A DNA stretch of 59,831 bases from Chara braunii (lineage: Eukaryota; Plantae; Charophyceae): NCBI GenBank assembly GCA_003427395.1, contig BFEA01000004.1, forward strand, positions 8,709,447-8,769,277, given 5' to 3'. This document shows, in pieces, positions 1 through 13,289 of this stretch. The first letter of the stretch is position 1, and the number at the start of each line of letters is the position of its first letter. The notes beneath the pieces were generated by a model. The model ran no database searches. It was not told the DNA's origin and worked only from the letters and a program-made list of their open reading frames with translations. The translations under genes were made by a program, and so were the position numbers.

Positions 1-725
1 CTGGCCCCGGTACCCTTAGCCCCATATGGTACTTGCTGGACCGGACAGGGACTTTCTAGACACTTCCTCAACTGCACTACGACTCACCTACGACTCACTG
101 CAGTCCTACTGAGGTCCTACCAGTTGACTTCGACAGATGTCACAGTCCTACGGCGCAAGTAGACTTAGCTACACCACTTGCCCACTGGTCGACCTTCTAG
201 AAGACCTCTGGACCCTACTTCGATTTTTGCCCTACAGGTCTGTGGTTCGAATCCCTTACTTCTCTGGTGCCTACGATGACCTACCTGCAAGTGGCTATCC
301 TACAGGTCACAGGTTCAAGTCCTACAACTACACAGATATTGTACACAGGTAAGTTGGGGAACTAGGGATCGAGCCCTGGGACCTACATCAGCTACTTCGA
401 ANTGGGGAATACCGTTTCACTAACCACAGCTTACTGTCTTTCACTATTCACAACTTGAAGCTCGATAGAGTCAATACTGTCACAGACATTCACAAAGGCT
501 CACACAACACTTGAAACCAGTTCTCAACAGACCAATCCCAAGTCACTTCAGAAAAGAGTACGAAAATCAGAAAAAAAACAGAACTTTGAGCTTTAAGTTA
601 GACTTTTTAATTGATATTCATATGAAAATTGAAAATTTAAACTGTTTAAGTTATTCACATCTGCGTAAGAACAGATCTGAGATCTGGTCAGGACCAGATC
701 TAAGACGGGATCTCAGATCTGACCA

Positions 726-793
<68 letters not shown>

Positions 794-2340
794 GCTTGAT
801 GTTCTGTGGCGCTTTGCAGCCAGCACTTCATTTTCGGAATCGCACTCAGCAGAGGAAGCTGTTGGAGGTGTCTGGCGGCGTCCGGTAGGCCCTGAAACGG
901 CCAAAAAATACTGGGCCCATTTTTGGGGGGCGGCCTAGGACCCGAAAAAAGTCCTAGGACCCCCCAAAAAAAATTCGAATTTTTCAAAATTGGGCCCAAT
1001 CCAGACCTACCGGACCAGACACTGGACCCATACCCAGACAACCGGACTGTCTGGATTCCGGTCCAGACGTCCCGGCCGGTTGCAATGGAAAACACTCAAG
1101 TAGCGGGAGTAGGCCCGTGACACTTAGGGCACTGGGGAAAAACACTCAAGTCGCAGGTAGGCCAGTACCACTCAAGTAGCGGTAGATGTGTCGTGAACTG
1201 GAGGGCAAGGAGAAGAAGACAAAGTTGGCAACTTTTTGTGAGGCCCAGTAGCTGGTAGGCTAGGTCTAGGCTGTGTGGACGATATCAGAGCCTGCAATGA
1301 TATTTCCCTCCGAAAGGGAGGAGGGACTGGTTGCTTGGAGGCCGCGTGGCCTGGAAGTCACCGCCCAAGAGGCAAGTAGGCCGTTATATCTCCAGGTAGA
1401 GCACTGAGCTCTACCTCATTTGCGGTATGCAAGTTTGGGCGTCATGCTGCTTGAGTGGGCGCTAGACTTCAGAGCGCTTTTTAGAGAAGGAGTGCAGCTC
1501 TACCAGCGCTGCCTGGGAGAAGGAGCGCCTGAGTGACCTCCCTGGCTATGGAGGAAGACCCCAGGTAGGAGGAGGAAGAAGGGGACTAGGGAGGAGAGTG
1601 GAGAGGGACTTACCTGGCTATGGTGGATGCCATCTTCATCACCTTGTTAGGCGCTGCATCTGGAAGACCCCAGTGAGGGTTGCGCTGCACCAAGATGGCT
1701 TCAAGACGGAGTCAGGCATGGCGGCCTGAACAGCAGCGGACATAGCTGCTTTGCGTTGCCTTTTGCACAGCAGAGCTAGGCCCTTAGTAGTCAGTCATAG
1801 CCTCGACCTAATTGAAGAGGAGGAAGAAGGAGGCCAAGCAGTAGAAGTGGGATTCGGAGTTTGATTCTGGTTCAGTCATTCATCATCATTATTATTATGA
1901 TTGTGTGAATAAAAGAGGAGGTGCAAGGAGGAGGAGTTGGTTGGCAAGAAGGAGGGGGATCGTAATAGATCTTTGCTGGTGTAAATCTTCTTCTTCTTCT
2001 TCTTCTTCTTCTTCTTCTTCTTTATATCTCTCCTCTGAAGTTCATTCATTTCTTTTGCAATTGGACGGCATTGTGCTTTCTCGTGAATTTTGCACTTTGA
2101 AATTGGCTGGGATCATAACATAACCATCATAGACACAAGAATAGCAAGTATTAGCAACAGAGGCAAAGTTTTTTGTCACCGTCCTTACACTGTCCTTAGT
2201 AGACTCTGAGATGATACTGTGTACAAGGCCCTGAGTCCAGGTACCACCATGAGCGCAATAGGATAGAAGGTCTTGCTTCAGCCTTCAGGACCCTCAGAGT
2301 AAAAGCCGTGGGCTCAGCCTTACCCCTTCCCAATTTCTAC
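1..2340 (-). mobile_element. Degenerate non-coding LTR-retroelement-like sequence inside an intron of the SAMD9-like gene
   Basis: No credible ORF. Internal short tandem motifs (aacactcaagtagcgg), embedded (CT)n and (TTC)n, and an LTR-like TG start at ~2218. Boundaries and PBS not firmly resolved. Confidence 0.35.
732..792. repeat. (CT)n microsatellite
   Basis: Seen directly in the sequence. Confidence 0.95.
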
Positions 2341-2352
2341 AACGAGGCTCAC

Positions 2353-2421
2353 CAGTTCACTGGTGTTCTTCCCTTCTTTTTTTTTGCTGCAGGGCGGCTG
2401 CCTCACGGAATCATCATGGAC
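2353..2421 (-). pseudogene. SAMD9-like gene exon VHDDSVRQPPCSKKKEGKNTSEL
   Basis: AG acceptor 2422-2423, GTGAGC donor, 69 nt, phase 0/0 matching the previous exon. Confidence 0.55.
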
Positions 2422-2434
2422 CTGACTGCCCCCC

Positions 2435-2580
2435 GGGCGGCAGCCTTGAGATATCATCATCAAACTCACCGGCGGCCCCAGCAGATTCAGAATTATTTTA
2501 TTCTGTTTATGTGGTCATCTGGACTTGAACTCAGGTCTGTATTTCAACAATTTGTGGGTGTACCAACTGAGCTAGGCCCG
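2435..2580 (-). mobile_element. tRNA-derived SINE family A copy
   Basis: Head GGGCCTAGCTCAGTTGGT (A box) ... GAGTTCAAGTCC (B box). Other copies at ~5543-5688 (-), ~7628-7800 (+) and ~31246-31301 (+). Confidence 0.7.
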
Positions 2581-2938
2581 TTGGTAGGTAATTCAAATTT
2601 ATGTAGTCATCTGATTCGGTCAGAATTTGAACTCAGGTCTGTTTATGAACAGTGCATGAGTGTACCATTCATCCACATGGGCTGGGTCCACTCACCGGTC
2701 CTCCATTTTAAAGTTGAAATCACCTGTGCTTGCGAAAGTCGCGACGTGGATGCAGCCACCCATTGCTACAGTGGCACAATGTTTCCACTATGGAATGATG
2801 TTATGCCACTGCCGCAGAGCCGTTTATCGTGCATGTGGCCGCGACTTTTGGAAGTACTGGTGGTTTAATAGAAGCTCTCCTATAAATAGTTGTAACTCCC
2901 TTTATTAAAGACAAATTAAAAAATAAATAAAAAATTAC

Positions 2939-2999
2939 CTTAGGCTCTTCGGTTCGTTCTATTTTGGGGCCCACATCCCCGTTCCTCTTTGACAACTTC
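2939..2999 (-). pseudogene. SAMD9-like gene exon (R)KLSKRNGDVGPKIERTEEPK
   Basis: tttcctttccgactctAG acceptor, GTAATT donor, 61 nt; its first base completes the AG+G codon from the preceding exon. Confidence 0.65.
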
Positions 3000-3132
3000 C
3001 TAGAGTCGGAAAGGAAACAGTTGGCATAATTTGTGACTTCACCTCATTTGGGGCAGAGTTCCACTCGCCAAGGTATAAGTCCAAGCAACCCTTTTTTTTT
3101 TTTTTTTTAACCTATTTAATTATTTGTCAAAT

Positions 3133-3500
3133 CTGGACAGGACAGACTTTCAGGCCTTTTTTATTGTCATTATAGTATTACGGGAAACCCCGTAGCAGCC
3201 ACGTCCGTGTTCAAGCCTCCAACGAGGGAACATGCGAGAGCTGCACCCACCGCTGGCAGCAGGTGCGATACCTGCTACAGCAGGTGGGCGATACCGGCAA
3301 GGGGTCAGCCGGTAGCATCAGGACCGAGCTTCTTCGATGGGCCAGTTGCTGTGCCTTCCCTCCAGTCCACTCGCCCTTCGAACATCATCAGTCTCTGCTC
3401 AATGCCGGTTGGGGCGACCAACAGCCTATCTCTAGGTGGCAGGTGCCACCAAACTTACCCAGGAAGGTACATGAGGCCAATGGGGATTGATCCCAAGACC
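3133..3500 (-). mobile_element. SINE-like family B copy
   Basis: B-box-like head (GGGATCAATCCC here, GGTTCAATCCC in the 8.5 kb copy). Homologous copies at ~8533-8955 (+) and a split copy at 30361-30598 / 32447-32538 (-). Confidence 0.65.
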
Positions 3501-3964
3501 TAAGACCAAGCAACTCATGCGGTCCCTGTTGGACATTGAAAATAAAAATGCATTTTCTGTTTTTGTAGCTCATGAAAGTATTATTTATTTCATCCTTTCA
3601 ACCACACCGGCACCCAGATAGTAGCAGTATTAAAGATGGGCCAACTCATATGCCAGAAACCTCTCACCACCCCCAACCAATGGTTGTGTTGTGACGTTGA
3701 AGGACAAGTGGATGCCCATCGAGGACGGGAGAAGCGCCTGCATCACTCATGAGTCTGATTTTCCGATGATTCAACACACCAAACTTTTACAGATAATCAT
3801 TTCTTAAATTATTTTCCGTACGTCAACATGACTTCACTCTTACGGGTGAGAGATGTCACATAGATACAGACTCTGATGCATAAATAAAAGGAAAAGATCC
3901 AACCAATGAGCGGGCAGCATTGTAATTTTAGTAGCAGCAGCTAAGACAGTAATACCCCGCGCAC

Positions 3965-4127
3965 CTTTGCTCAATCTCATCCGTTAGATTGACAGTCTTG
4001 TAGCCACAGGTTTTTCAGGGATTGGCCAGATCTTCAGCAGCTCGCGGTGTCATTACACATCAGTGTACACATGACACCTTGGGGCTTTAATCTTGCAGTA
4101 CAAAGCTTCTTGCCGGCATACTGTCTC
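3965..4127 (-). pseudogene. SAMD9-like gene exon ETVCRQEALYCKIKAPRCHVYTDV/MTPRAAEDLANP*KTCGYKTVNLTDEIEQ (Walker-B-equivalent region)
   Basis: AG/GT boundaries. Phases fit both neighbours once a 2-nt frameshift is removed. One TGA. Confidence 0.55.
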
Positions 4128-4658
4128 CTGTCCACACTGGCAAATTGGTAATCACCACCCTTGGGGCCCGTACTAACTCAACTGGTGTTGCTGCGTGTTA
4201 AACCGCCAGTGGTTCCCAGCCCCCGGCCTCTTTCTTCCCAATTGGGATTATTGCCTGCCCATAATAAATCTGAATGGTTGCAGCACGTGATTTGTATGGC
4301 GCTGCCAGCCTTTCTCCTATGGGCACTCGTAGTCTTTTTGTGGCCCTGTGTTCACTGGCAGACGTTTTTTCAAAGGCCGGGACGACCATTGGCACTTGAA
4401 CTCCTGTACTCCTATATTTATGTTGTGAGCTACCGCTCACATAGACGAAGCACAGCAAATAAATATAGGTGTATAGGCGTTACACCATGAGTACAAGCCC
4501 CCTCCTCGGAATCTCCCGGCAGTATACGAGGCTGCATTTCTGATGCACCAGCCTGGCAGAACTGGTCCAATTGTTCTTGTACAAAACAATTTGGTTCGGT
4601 AATTTCTGGTCTGGCGTACTGGGCCCTTGAGGTTGAGTACGGTGGGAAGGGTGGTGAT

Positions 4659-4752
4659 CGCCAGTGTGGCCAGGCAATAGATAGCAAGCATGAAGCTTTG
4701 TCCTGCGCCAGTGTGGCCAGGCAATAGATAGCAAGCATGAAGCTTTGTCCTG
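4659..4752. repeat. Perfect 47-bp tandem duplication within a degraded retroelement fragment
   Basis: cgccagtgtggccaggcaatagatagcaagcatgaagctttgtcctg x2. Confidence 0.9.
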
Positions 4753-7328
4753 CGCGGTTAAGCTCGGACACTTCATATCTAAATTGATGTGCGATGATAC
4801 ATTGCCTGCTTTCCTCGATGTAACTTAGGGCCAGGCTCCACTGGTGCTATATTTGTCCTATGTTAGCAAGAACCTGGCCAATTTTACGACCAGGTAGAAA
4901 GCATGAACATAGCACCAATGGAGCCCGACCATCACAACCTCAGCTGGCCCTTGTTACGATATCTGACAGTCAAAATTAAATGGCAGGAATTCTATTCTCA
5001 CATGGGATGCGTTGACTTCCCAAACCAAAACACAGACATAGCTCAGTGGGGCCTACCAAAACATGGATATAGCTCAGTGGGGCCTCAGGATGCCCCTTAG
5101 TATGGGGCCGTTCCACCAGATGACCAGGCAAACACGCTTCACCATGGCCTAGCACAGATCAGCATCGCAGGTGGGTTGTCTACTGCTGAAGGGAGACCCA
5201 AAGTATGAGGCCATTCCACCAGGTGACCGGGCAAACAGGCTTCAGCATGGCCTAGCACAGAATGGCATCCCAGGTGGGTCATCTGCCAGTGAAGTCATAC
5301 CCAGTTCAAGAGGATGAGCAATGTCCTCAGGGGAATGATGACAAACAGGGGCGAGGTTCCACCAACCTCTATGCTTCATTTCCACCCCTGGATTACCAAA
5401 ACTCTATCGGCAGAAATGAAGAATCCATCTAAGTGGGACCTTGTCCCACTCATTGAGCAAATGACCACAAATGACATCAGAGGAGTCCTCAAAATAGGTT
5501 CACACGAATGCATTATTGTTATTTTCTTTTTTCTTTTTAAAAAGGGCGACGGCCTTGAGATATCATCATTGAACTGACCAGCCCCTGGTAATTCAGAACT
5601 ACCATAATCTGGTTATCTGATCCTATCTGGATTCGAACTTGGGTCTGTATTTCAACAGTTCGTGGGTGTAACAACTGAGCTAGGCCCGTTTTTTTTTTGT
5701 TTTTTTTTAAGCAAGCTATATTCTTCTCTCACCTGCCTCATCTTCTTGGTGGTATGCATCTATCTCATCCTCTCGCTAGTCTATGTATAGTACGGGGGAA
5801 CACAAACCAACCCGGATCTCTCCCTAGCTCTTGCACCACTGCTGTGGTGAATGCATTATTTTTAAAATGTTGCCAAGCACTTTTCAACCCCCTCTTGCGA
5901 ACCACTTTCAACGCCCTCTCGTCCTGGACCGAAGTATTGCGGGAAGGTCCTTAAGGATAGCAAGACGGAAGGTGCAGATTTGTTTGGGGACAGGGCAGGA
6001 AGGCGATGCTGGATGCTCCTGTGAGCATTCCAGTTCTTCCAGTTTTTGGCACATTATGTCCTCCGGGAGAGTAAAGCCTCACATTTTTTGATGATTTTGT
6101 GCTCTTTTTTTTTTTTTTTTTTCCTTTCCTTTTGAAGGCTCCATCTATTGGTGGGGAGCTGCACCTGCTGGAGACCGGATCCAGCATCCCTTACAATAGA
6201 AGCTGATTGACCAAATCTGGTACACGAGTTACAATGCTTCAGTATTGCTAGACTGTACTCGGTACCTCTTCACCCCCCTGAAGGGGGCACCAGATGAAAA
6301 CACTCCTCCTTTAAAATTAGCACTTTTAAGGTCGGGTGCTCGAACCTACAAGACTCGGTACCAGAGTACCCGAGTGGGAATGGTGATTGTTGAGTTTTGT
6401 TTCTGTTTCTGGTTTTAGATGTTCGAGGTAGGGGGATCGAACCCCAGGACTAGTGCTTGATCGTCCCCTGGGCCAGGCCCGCGACTTAAGATTTGCTTTG
6501 TTCGTTTTGGCCGTCGTTTTTAATTTTCCTTTGTGTCCTCGAGCCCAGGACAACTGGTTTGTTGTGGATTCTGGCTCCTTTGAGGTCCCTGGAGGTAATG
6601 ACCGGTACGGGGAAGATTCGAACAGGAACGATTCGTGGATCTGCACTGTAAATAGAATGATTGAGGAGTTGTTCGACCTCTTTCTGTCGCTAATCAGCTT
6701 TGCCATTAGCGCCAGACGGGTGATGAGGGCACGAGGGCGGATCTTGGATCGTTGGAATGTGAAGGCGGTTTTGAGCACTAAAGTCTAATGATATTCAATC
6801 ATATACTTGTTTTGTGTTTATAGCGTTTCGAGTCTGTCATGAACGCATTCGAGTTGTACTGTGTCTCTTTGAGTCGCAATGCGTCTGTGTAACTATCTGT
6901 TTCATAATGCCATACATCGGCCGCAAAAAAAATAGAGTAGAAGTGCTTGTACTCGGATGAACCGACGGGCCCATACATGTTTTCATTCATCATTGTCACG
7001 GCTTGTTAACCGCCACAACTTTAGGAAGTACTGGTGGTTAAAAAAATATATATATACCTCAGGCAACCTGGACAAGGGCCAGGTCCCTAACAGTTTGTGT
7101 ACACCAAGAACATTCCATGTCCATACTTCCAGAGCGTGGAATACAACCACTTCGGAGGCCGCAGATTTTTTTTTTCAACAGCCCCTCCGAGTTTTGCTTG
7201 TGGCGACAAAACATTTTCTGCAAGGCTTACTGTTTGATCCGTGGTTCATTGGGCGGCTTGTGCCACATCATTAAAAAAAAAAAAAAAAAAGGGAAGAAAA
7301 AAGACCACCAACCCGTGTACCCACCCAC

Positions 7329-7446
7329 CTCTATGAGAGATGCAATTTGCTTTCTGGCAAGCTCCTCGTTCTCCTGTAGCACATCACCAATGATGACCAT
7401 GCAGCAGAAATCGTCAAGTCTTTGAGCGAAAATTCCTTCACTCAGT
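7329..7446 (-). pseudogene. SAMD9-like gene exon LSEGIFAQRLDDFCCMVIIGDVLQENEELARKQIASLIE (post-P-loop STAND region)
   Basis: tctttgtcAG acceptor, GT donor, 118 nt open frame, phase-compatible with both neighbours. Confidence 0.7.
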
Positions 7447-7888
7447 CTGACAAAGACACCCCCTCACCACATCCCCCGTGCCCCCCCCCCCCCCCCCCCC
7501 CGTTTTTGCCCGCCGTCCCACCTCCCCACCTTCCCTCCCTTGTCCCTACCCCTAAAAACAAAGAAAGAGGGGTGAACATTAATGACCGGAAAGAACCAAG
7601 GAAAAGAGGGTAAAACATCCATCTTGCCCGGCCCTGAATGGTAAACCCAAGAGCTGTTGATGTATACAGGTCCGAGTTCAGATTCTTATGGGATCACTCA
7701 GGTCAATGGAAACACTCTACCCACCCCATGTGGCTGAATGGTACACCCATCAAATGTTCACAAACAGACCCAAGGTAGAACTAGATCTAGGGATCATAAT
7801 GACCATACATTCCATTAACAAAAAGACGGTATACATCCATGCCTGACAAACGAGCAGGAGGAGGGAAAGGGGGAATTACTGTCTTCAC

Positions 7889-8145
7889 CCGAATAGAACC
7901 CCCGGTTGTGATAGCTGCACTTGCAATGGGGCAAATTCCGGTCAGACTCTAGATACAGCAATAATGACCGGGCGTTCTGTGTGGGTGAAGAGGGTAGTAC
8001 ACTCAGGGTAAGTTCACACAGGAAACAAATGTCACTGGCGCGGACACAAGGCAGAGTCTGGCAGACTATCAGTCTTCCACGCGGCAGTATCAGAACTTTG
8101 ATGTAGTTCCACGTGCATTTGGCAGATCACAGAACAGAAGACATT
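7889..8145 (-). pseudogene. SAMD9-like gene exon NVFCSVICQMHVELHQSSDTAAWK...HLFPV*TYPE...LQVQLSQPGVLFG (degenerate P-loop)
   Basis: Polypyrimidine-AG acceptor, GTGAAG donor, 257 nt, three in-frame TGA stops. Confidence 0.6.
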
Positions 8146-8467
8146 CTGCCAATGCATGGAATCAAAAGAACAGGTTCTTGCAAACAGTGGCTGCGATGTG
8201 CGGAATTGTGTGGTCAGCGAGCACAAGCATTCACACTTGGAAAGAAAGACAAAAAGGAAAAAGAAAAGAAAGGAAAAAGAGAGAGAAAAATAAAACAAAA
8301 CAAACAGAATTTTTCCACAATTTCACATCCAAACTAAGCAAACTTTCATCCCATTCCATGCACACAGAAGAACTTCCATTGTCCAAAAGAACAAAAAAAC
8401 AGCTGCCTAGTTCAGTTGGTAGCAATCACCACGGGTCGGGTCCGTGGCCTCTGCAACACCCTGGGCT

Positions 8468-8517
<50 letters not shown>

Positions 8518-9226
8518 CACAAGTGGAATTCAGGAGATCTTGGGTTCAATCCCCGTTGGCATCATGCTTGGCGCCTGCCACCTAAGGATAGCCCATAGCC
8601 CGTTGGTCCCCCGAGCGGCATTGAGCAGAGATTGCGAGCAGAGACTGCTGCTGATGTCCGTTGGGGGGGGTACAGGACCATAGGAAAGGCACAGTGACCG
8701 GCCCAAATGAAGAAGCTCTGTCCTTATGCTACCGGCTGACCCCTGGCCAGTATTACCCACCCTGCAGGTAGTGTCCTTATGCTACCGGCCCAGTATTGCC
8801 CACCTGCAGGTTGGGCACAGCCGCTGCATGTTCCGTTGTTGGAGGCTTGAAATCGGGCTGGGCCAGGCTGCTACAGGGTTCCCTGTAATACTATAGTGAT
8901 AATAAAATAGCCTCCGTAATACTGATGGTTATAGCTTAAAAAGGCCTGAAAGACATCCCTGACAGATTCAACAGGTGATTGAATTGGTTGGGCTTAAACC
9001 ATGAGTACTTGGCGCATACATAGGCCACGGGCGTTTCCCGTTCACGTGCCGCGACCGATGGACTTGGGGGTACCAGACCACAATGCCTGGAGGCGCCAGC
9101 CAAAATCGAAACAAAACGGCGCACTGTCGGTTCTGCAAAACTTGGCGCACAGGGTGACAGGGCGTTTCCCAGCTCGGCATCAATAGCTGGGCCAAGTACT
9201 GGTCGTTTCGAAAGAACAAGCCTTAA

Positions 9227-9342
9227 ACCACCACTACCTTTCAGGCTGGGAGGCTAAGTCCTAAGAGTAACCTACTCCGCAACTCTTGGGGTCGGGCCAC
9301 CATTGATCAATTTCATCCACCCCGCGGGAAGGTAGTGGTGGT
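9227..9342. mobile_element. 116-bp MITE with 14-bp perfect TIR (ACCACCACTACCTT) and TTAA TSD
   Basis: TTAA at 9223-9226 and 9343-9346. Related termini at ~2850-2867, ~4200, ~7025-7040, ~8994 and 46929-47227. Confidence 0.8.
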
Positions 9343-9601
9343 TTAAAAAAACAAAAAAGAAAAAGAAAAAGAGCTTCCATAATTGCTGGCGGACATCAGC
9401 TTAGGAGTGATCATATCAGCAACAGACTGCTTTTTTTTACTCTCAAGTCATTTCAAGAGGCTGAACCCTCTCTTACACAGTCCCCTTAGCCTTTTCCCAG
9501 CTGATGCTTCTTACAAGAAACATCCTTCACAAGATTCCACTTAAAAGTGGGCATATGAATACGGTGAATACCATCCCCTACAATTGATGACTTGACGTAG
9601 C

Positions 9602-9604
<3 letters not shown>

Positions 9605-9683
<79 letters not shown>

Positions 9684-9685
9684 NN

Positions 9686-9766
<81 letters not shown>
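9605..9766. repeat. (CT)n microsatellite with 2-nt gap
   Basis: Seen directly in the sequence. Confidence 0.95.
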
Positions 9767-9771
<5 letters not shown>

Positions 9772-12411
9772 TTTCCTTTTTCTCCGGCCTTGAGGTATCG
9801 TCATCGTGTTCGCCAGCGCCAGGTAAGTCAGAGTTAATTACATGCCTACGACTTCAACAAGATTCGAAGTCACGTGGCCGATCTGCTTATCAAAGTTAAT
9901 GAGCGTTCAATTCAGCCACTTGGACTAGGTGATCACAAGATCAAAAACCTTCCAGGTGTGGATTTCCTTATTTTGTCCTCCTCCTCCTCCTCCTCCTCCT
10001 CCTTACTCCTACTCTCCGTACTCCTACTCTCCTTACTTCTTCATCTTCTTGTCCTTAAACAAGTCAAAACGGGAGAGCTATTATTAACGTTATGACCCCC
10101 CGGAGTTTACTTTCGAACAACGTATGAGACAAATTCTCTCATCATTGGGTCAACTTGATACGGAGTTACGAACATGTTTTGTTTTGTTTTTTGGTCATTT
10201 CTTTGATCTGTGCGTGTCATTCTTGCTCAGGGGCCATGCTTCCTCCTCTCCCCCCCCTCCTTTCCCTCAAAACTCAAATTTCCATAGCCATGCTAATTTA
10301 CCTTCCGTGCATGATTCCATATTTATATTTATCGTCACAAATTTATCAGAGCGCAATGCGAAAAAAAAGAAGAAATAAATTCATTTTTTATCTTCTTCCT
10401 TACAAGACTCCCCCTGTTCAAGACCTCTTTTGCGTACAAGGCCGCCCACGTGGATGTAGGTTGAGCGGCGGCTGCCCCCACCCGCGTGTGTCATATCGAC
10501 CCACTTGCACACAGCCAAAAGGCGAAGAGGCAAAGAAAAGAGGAAGGGAACAGCCAAACATTACAGAACAGGGGGCAAACGATTCCTAGATGACAAGTCC
10601 CACATGCAGACACCGCCCCCGACAGCACAGGCCAAACGACGGGACAAACTAGCCAGGATTCACGACACGGGAACTGTGAGATGGTTGAACGATGAGCCAG
10701 GCCATTTTCAACATAAATGAATACCAGAGAACAAATTCTACCATATCCATAGCAAAGAATCTGAAGCAAAAAACACCTTATCTGCAAAAAAAGAAAGACA
10801 ATCCCAGATGACGATTCCCTCGTAAAAGCACCGCCCCCCCGTGTAGGCCGAACAACGGGAAACAGCCAACCAGGATGCCCCAAGACGATAAAAAAAGAAG
10901 AACCCGGATGACCGATCCCACATGAAGCATCGCTACCATTCTCCCAAAATATAATATATACATATTTTTCTGTCTTCCAATTTTGCCAGTTGTCACCAGG
11001 CCAGACATTTTTTATTTATTCGATTAGAACAGATGCAAACTTGTCTACGTTGTTGAAGCAACTAATGTATACTTCTCCAAATTTCACCTTTCACTACCTA
11101 CCTACCTATCACTACTACTACTACTAAGGCTATACAGGGGACCCCTGTAAGCATAGCTACTTCCTTACGACAATAAAGGGGATGCATGTTGCCCCCTGCC
11201 CGAATCGGCCGTGGTCAGGGAGTAGGGTGAGGCCGCTGGCGCGGGGGGCTGGGGGCTGGGGGGGGGGGGGGGCTCTGGGGGGAGGGGCTAACGCAAAGAC
11301 CGAGCCTTTGCCAGCAGCTGCGCCTCCCATCTACTTCCCCCGCCTACATTTACACTCGTGGTTAATATATTGGCGGTGTCATTTTCGGCAAATTTTTCAC
11401 CCAAACTGCCATATTTCCGTGAATTTTTTTAATTTTTTTTTTTCCCTTTTTTTTTGGGTCTGATAATGTATGTGCTTTTTTGTACACGCGTATTCGGTTT
11501 CGACCTATTTGGACCAGTAACGAAAAAGTTGATTCCCAAAATTTTCGACGATATTGCTCGTAGTTGATGCGGCAAAAAAAACCCAAATTTTAAGTCTTCC
11601 ATTAAGTTAAACCATCTCTCAGAGTAACAGCAGTGTCTAAGGCCAACACTCTCCCCCCACACACACAACACACACACAACCCACACAACACACACACAAC
11701 AAACACACTCACACACACACACGTGTGTTCGAATCACGTAGGGGAGATGAAAGGGCAGGAAGCCAAAAAAAAAAAAAAAAAGCACTGAAAATGATAGGAA
11801 AGAAGCGACGCGAATCAACACAACAAGGATCAAACCAAGAGGAACAAGGAGGAGGACGAGGAGAAGGATGTTCATACTGGATTAAAAAAAAAGATGGCGA
11901 AAAATGCGAAATGAAGACTACTTTTAAGGCCAGATGAAACCGAGAAGAAGGAAGAGGCGGAGACAAAGGAGGAGGAGCTAAACGAGAAGGAGGCAGCAAA
12001 GGAGGAGGAGAAGGAGGAGGAGGTTCACGCTAAGACCAAGACAGTCACTGGCGTAAAAGCCAAATGCAGACTTTTAAGGCTGAACGAAATCGAGCAGGAG
12101 GAGGTAAGGGAGAAGAGGGAGGCAAAGGAGGAGGAGTAGTAGGAGGAGGAGAATGGGGAGGAAGAGATTGCGATCAGCAAGCCATGAAAGCCAGTTGCAG
12201 ATATTAAAATAGTTAAGCCTGAGGATAATTAAGAGCACAAAGAAGTAAAGTAACTGCGCATAACCTTCTTTTTTCGTGGTGCGGGTGGAGGGGGGGAGGC
12301 GCCGAGGGGAGGGAGGGAGGGAGGGAGGGAACTCCCGACTGACTCCATCTATTAACACTAGAGCATATTTACTTATTTGCATGCAACGTGGGACCTCGCT
12401 GCAACACTCAC

Positions 12412-12532
12412 CAAATGCACACAGAGCAAAAATTACAGCCCGTGTATCTTTCCATATCCGAGCGGAAGATTCATTCTCATTTTCTCGTTTTGCACATTTG
12501 GCGAGTGGTGTGAAGATGCCCATGATAAGCCA
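12412..12532 (-). pseudogene. SAMD9-like gene exon WLIMGIFTPLAKCAKRENENESSARIWKDTRAVIFALCAF (SIR2-like region)
   Basis: AG acceptor after a pyrimidine tract, GTGAGT donor, 121 nt open frame. Confidence 0.55.
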
Positions 12533-13199
12533 CTTTCGCACAGAAAGGCGAAGATTTGAAAACAAAACAACAACCACAACAACAACACAAAACAAAAACA
12601 AAAACAAAAACAAAAACAAAAACAAAAAAAACGAAAACGAAAATAAAAACGAAAACAAAAAAGAGGAACAAGAAAGGGCAGAGATCATTCATCATCTGGA
12701 AATGCCCGGCCATCATGCCATGGTCTAATCATGACACTATCTTCTTCTTTTTTGGGTCTTTTTTTTTTTTTTTTGGCTCTTGCAGGGTCGTCAATGATGT
12801 TTACCAGACAATGAAAAAAAAAAGGCCCTTACTAATAATGTATGGAGCGAGCGAAAAACGATAAGTGATACAGGAAAGCAAAGAAGAAGAGACTGTCGGG
12901 AATTTCGAGGAAAAAAGATAAGGCGAAGGTACTTCAAGTTGCTTGCCTGTAGCATTCGGTCTTCGGCAGCGAGGCTTTGAATTCTCACTTTAAACTTGGA
13001 AAATGATGTTCCGCGCACCTCCCTCGCCCGACATCCTCCCTCTCCCCCAGCCTCTCCTCCTACCTTCCCACCACCTCCTCCTCCTCCTCCTCCTCCTCCT
13101 CCATTTGCATGACGTCCGTTGCGTTCTGAGTCTTCCCCTCCCTCCCTCATGCTTCCAGCTCGCTCACGACGATTCAACGCTGGCTGCACCGCCGAACAC

Positions 13200-13255
13200 T
13201 CACCAATCTATCAAGCAATCAAATCAATCAAGCAATCAAATCAATCAATCAATCA

Positions 13256-13288
<33 letters not shown>
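13200..13288. repeat. (CAAT)n-type microsatellite
   Basis: Seen directly in the sequence. Confidence 0.9.
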
Positions 13289-13289
13289 G

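Noticed and set aside
6326-6999. Possible coding fragment on the minus strand
   Set aside because: No recognisable motif and not needed for the exon phase chain; left unassigned
7889-8145. Multiple in-frame TGA read as selenocysteine
   Set aside because: The gene also has frameshifts, a TAG stop and a LINE insertion; CGA>TGA decay is simpler; no SECIS identified
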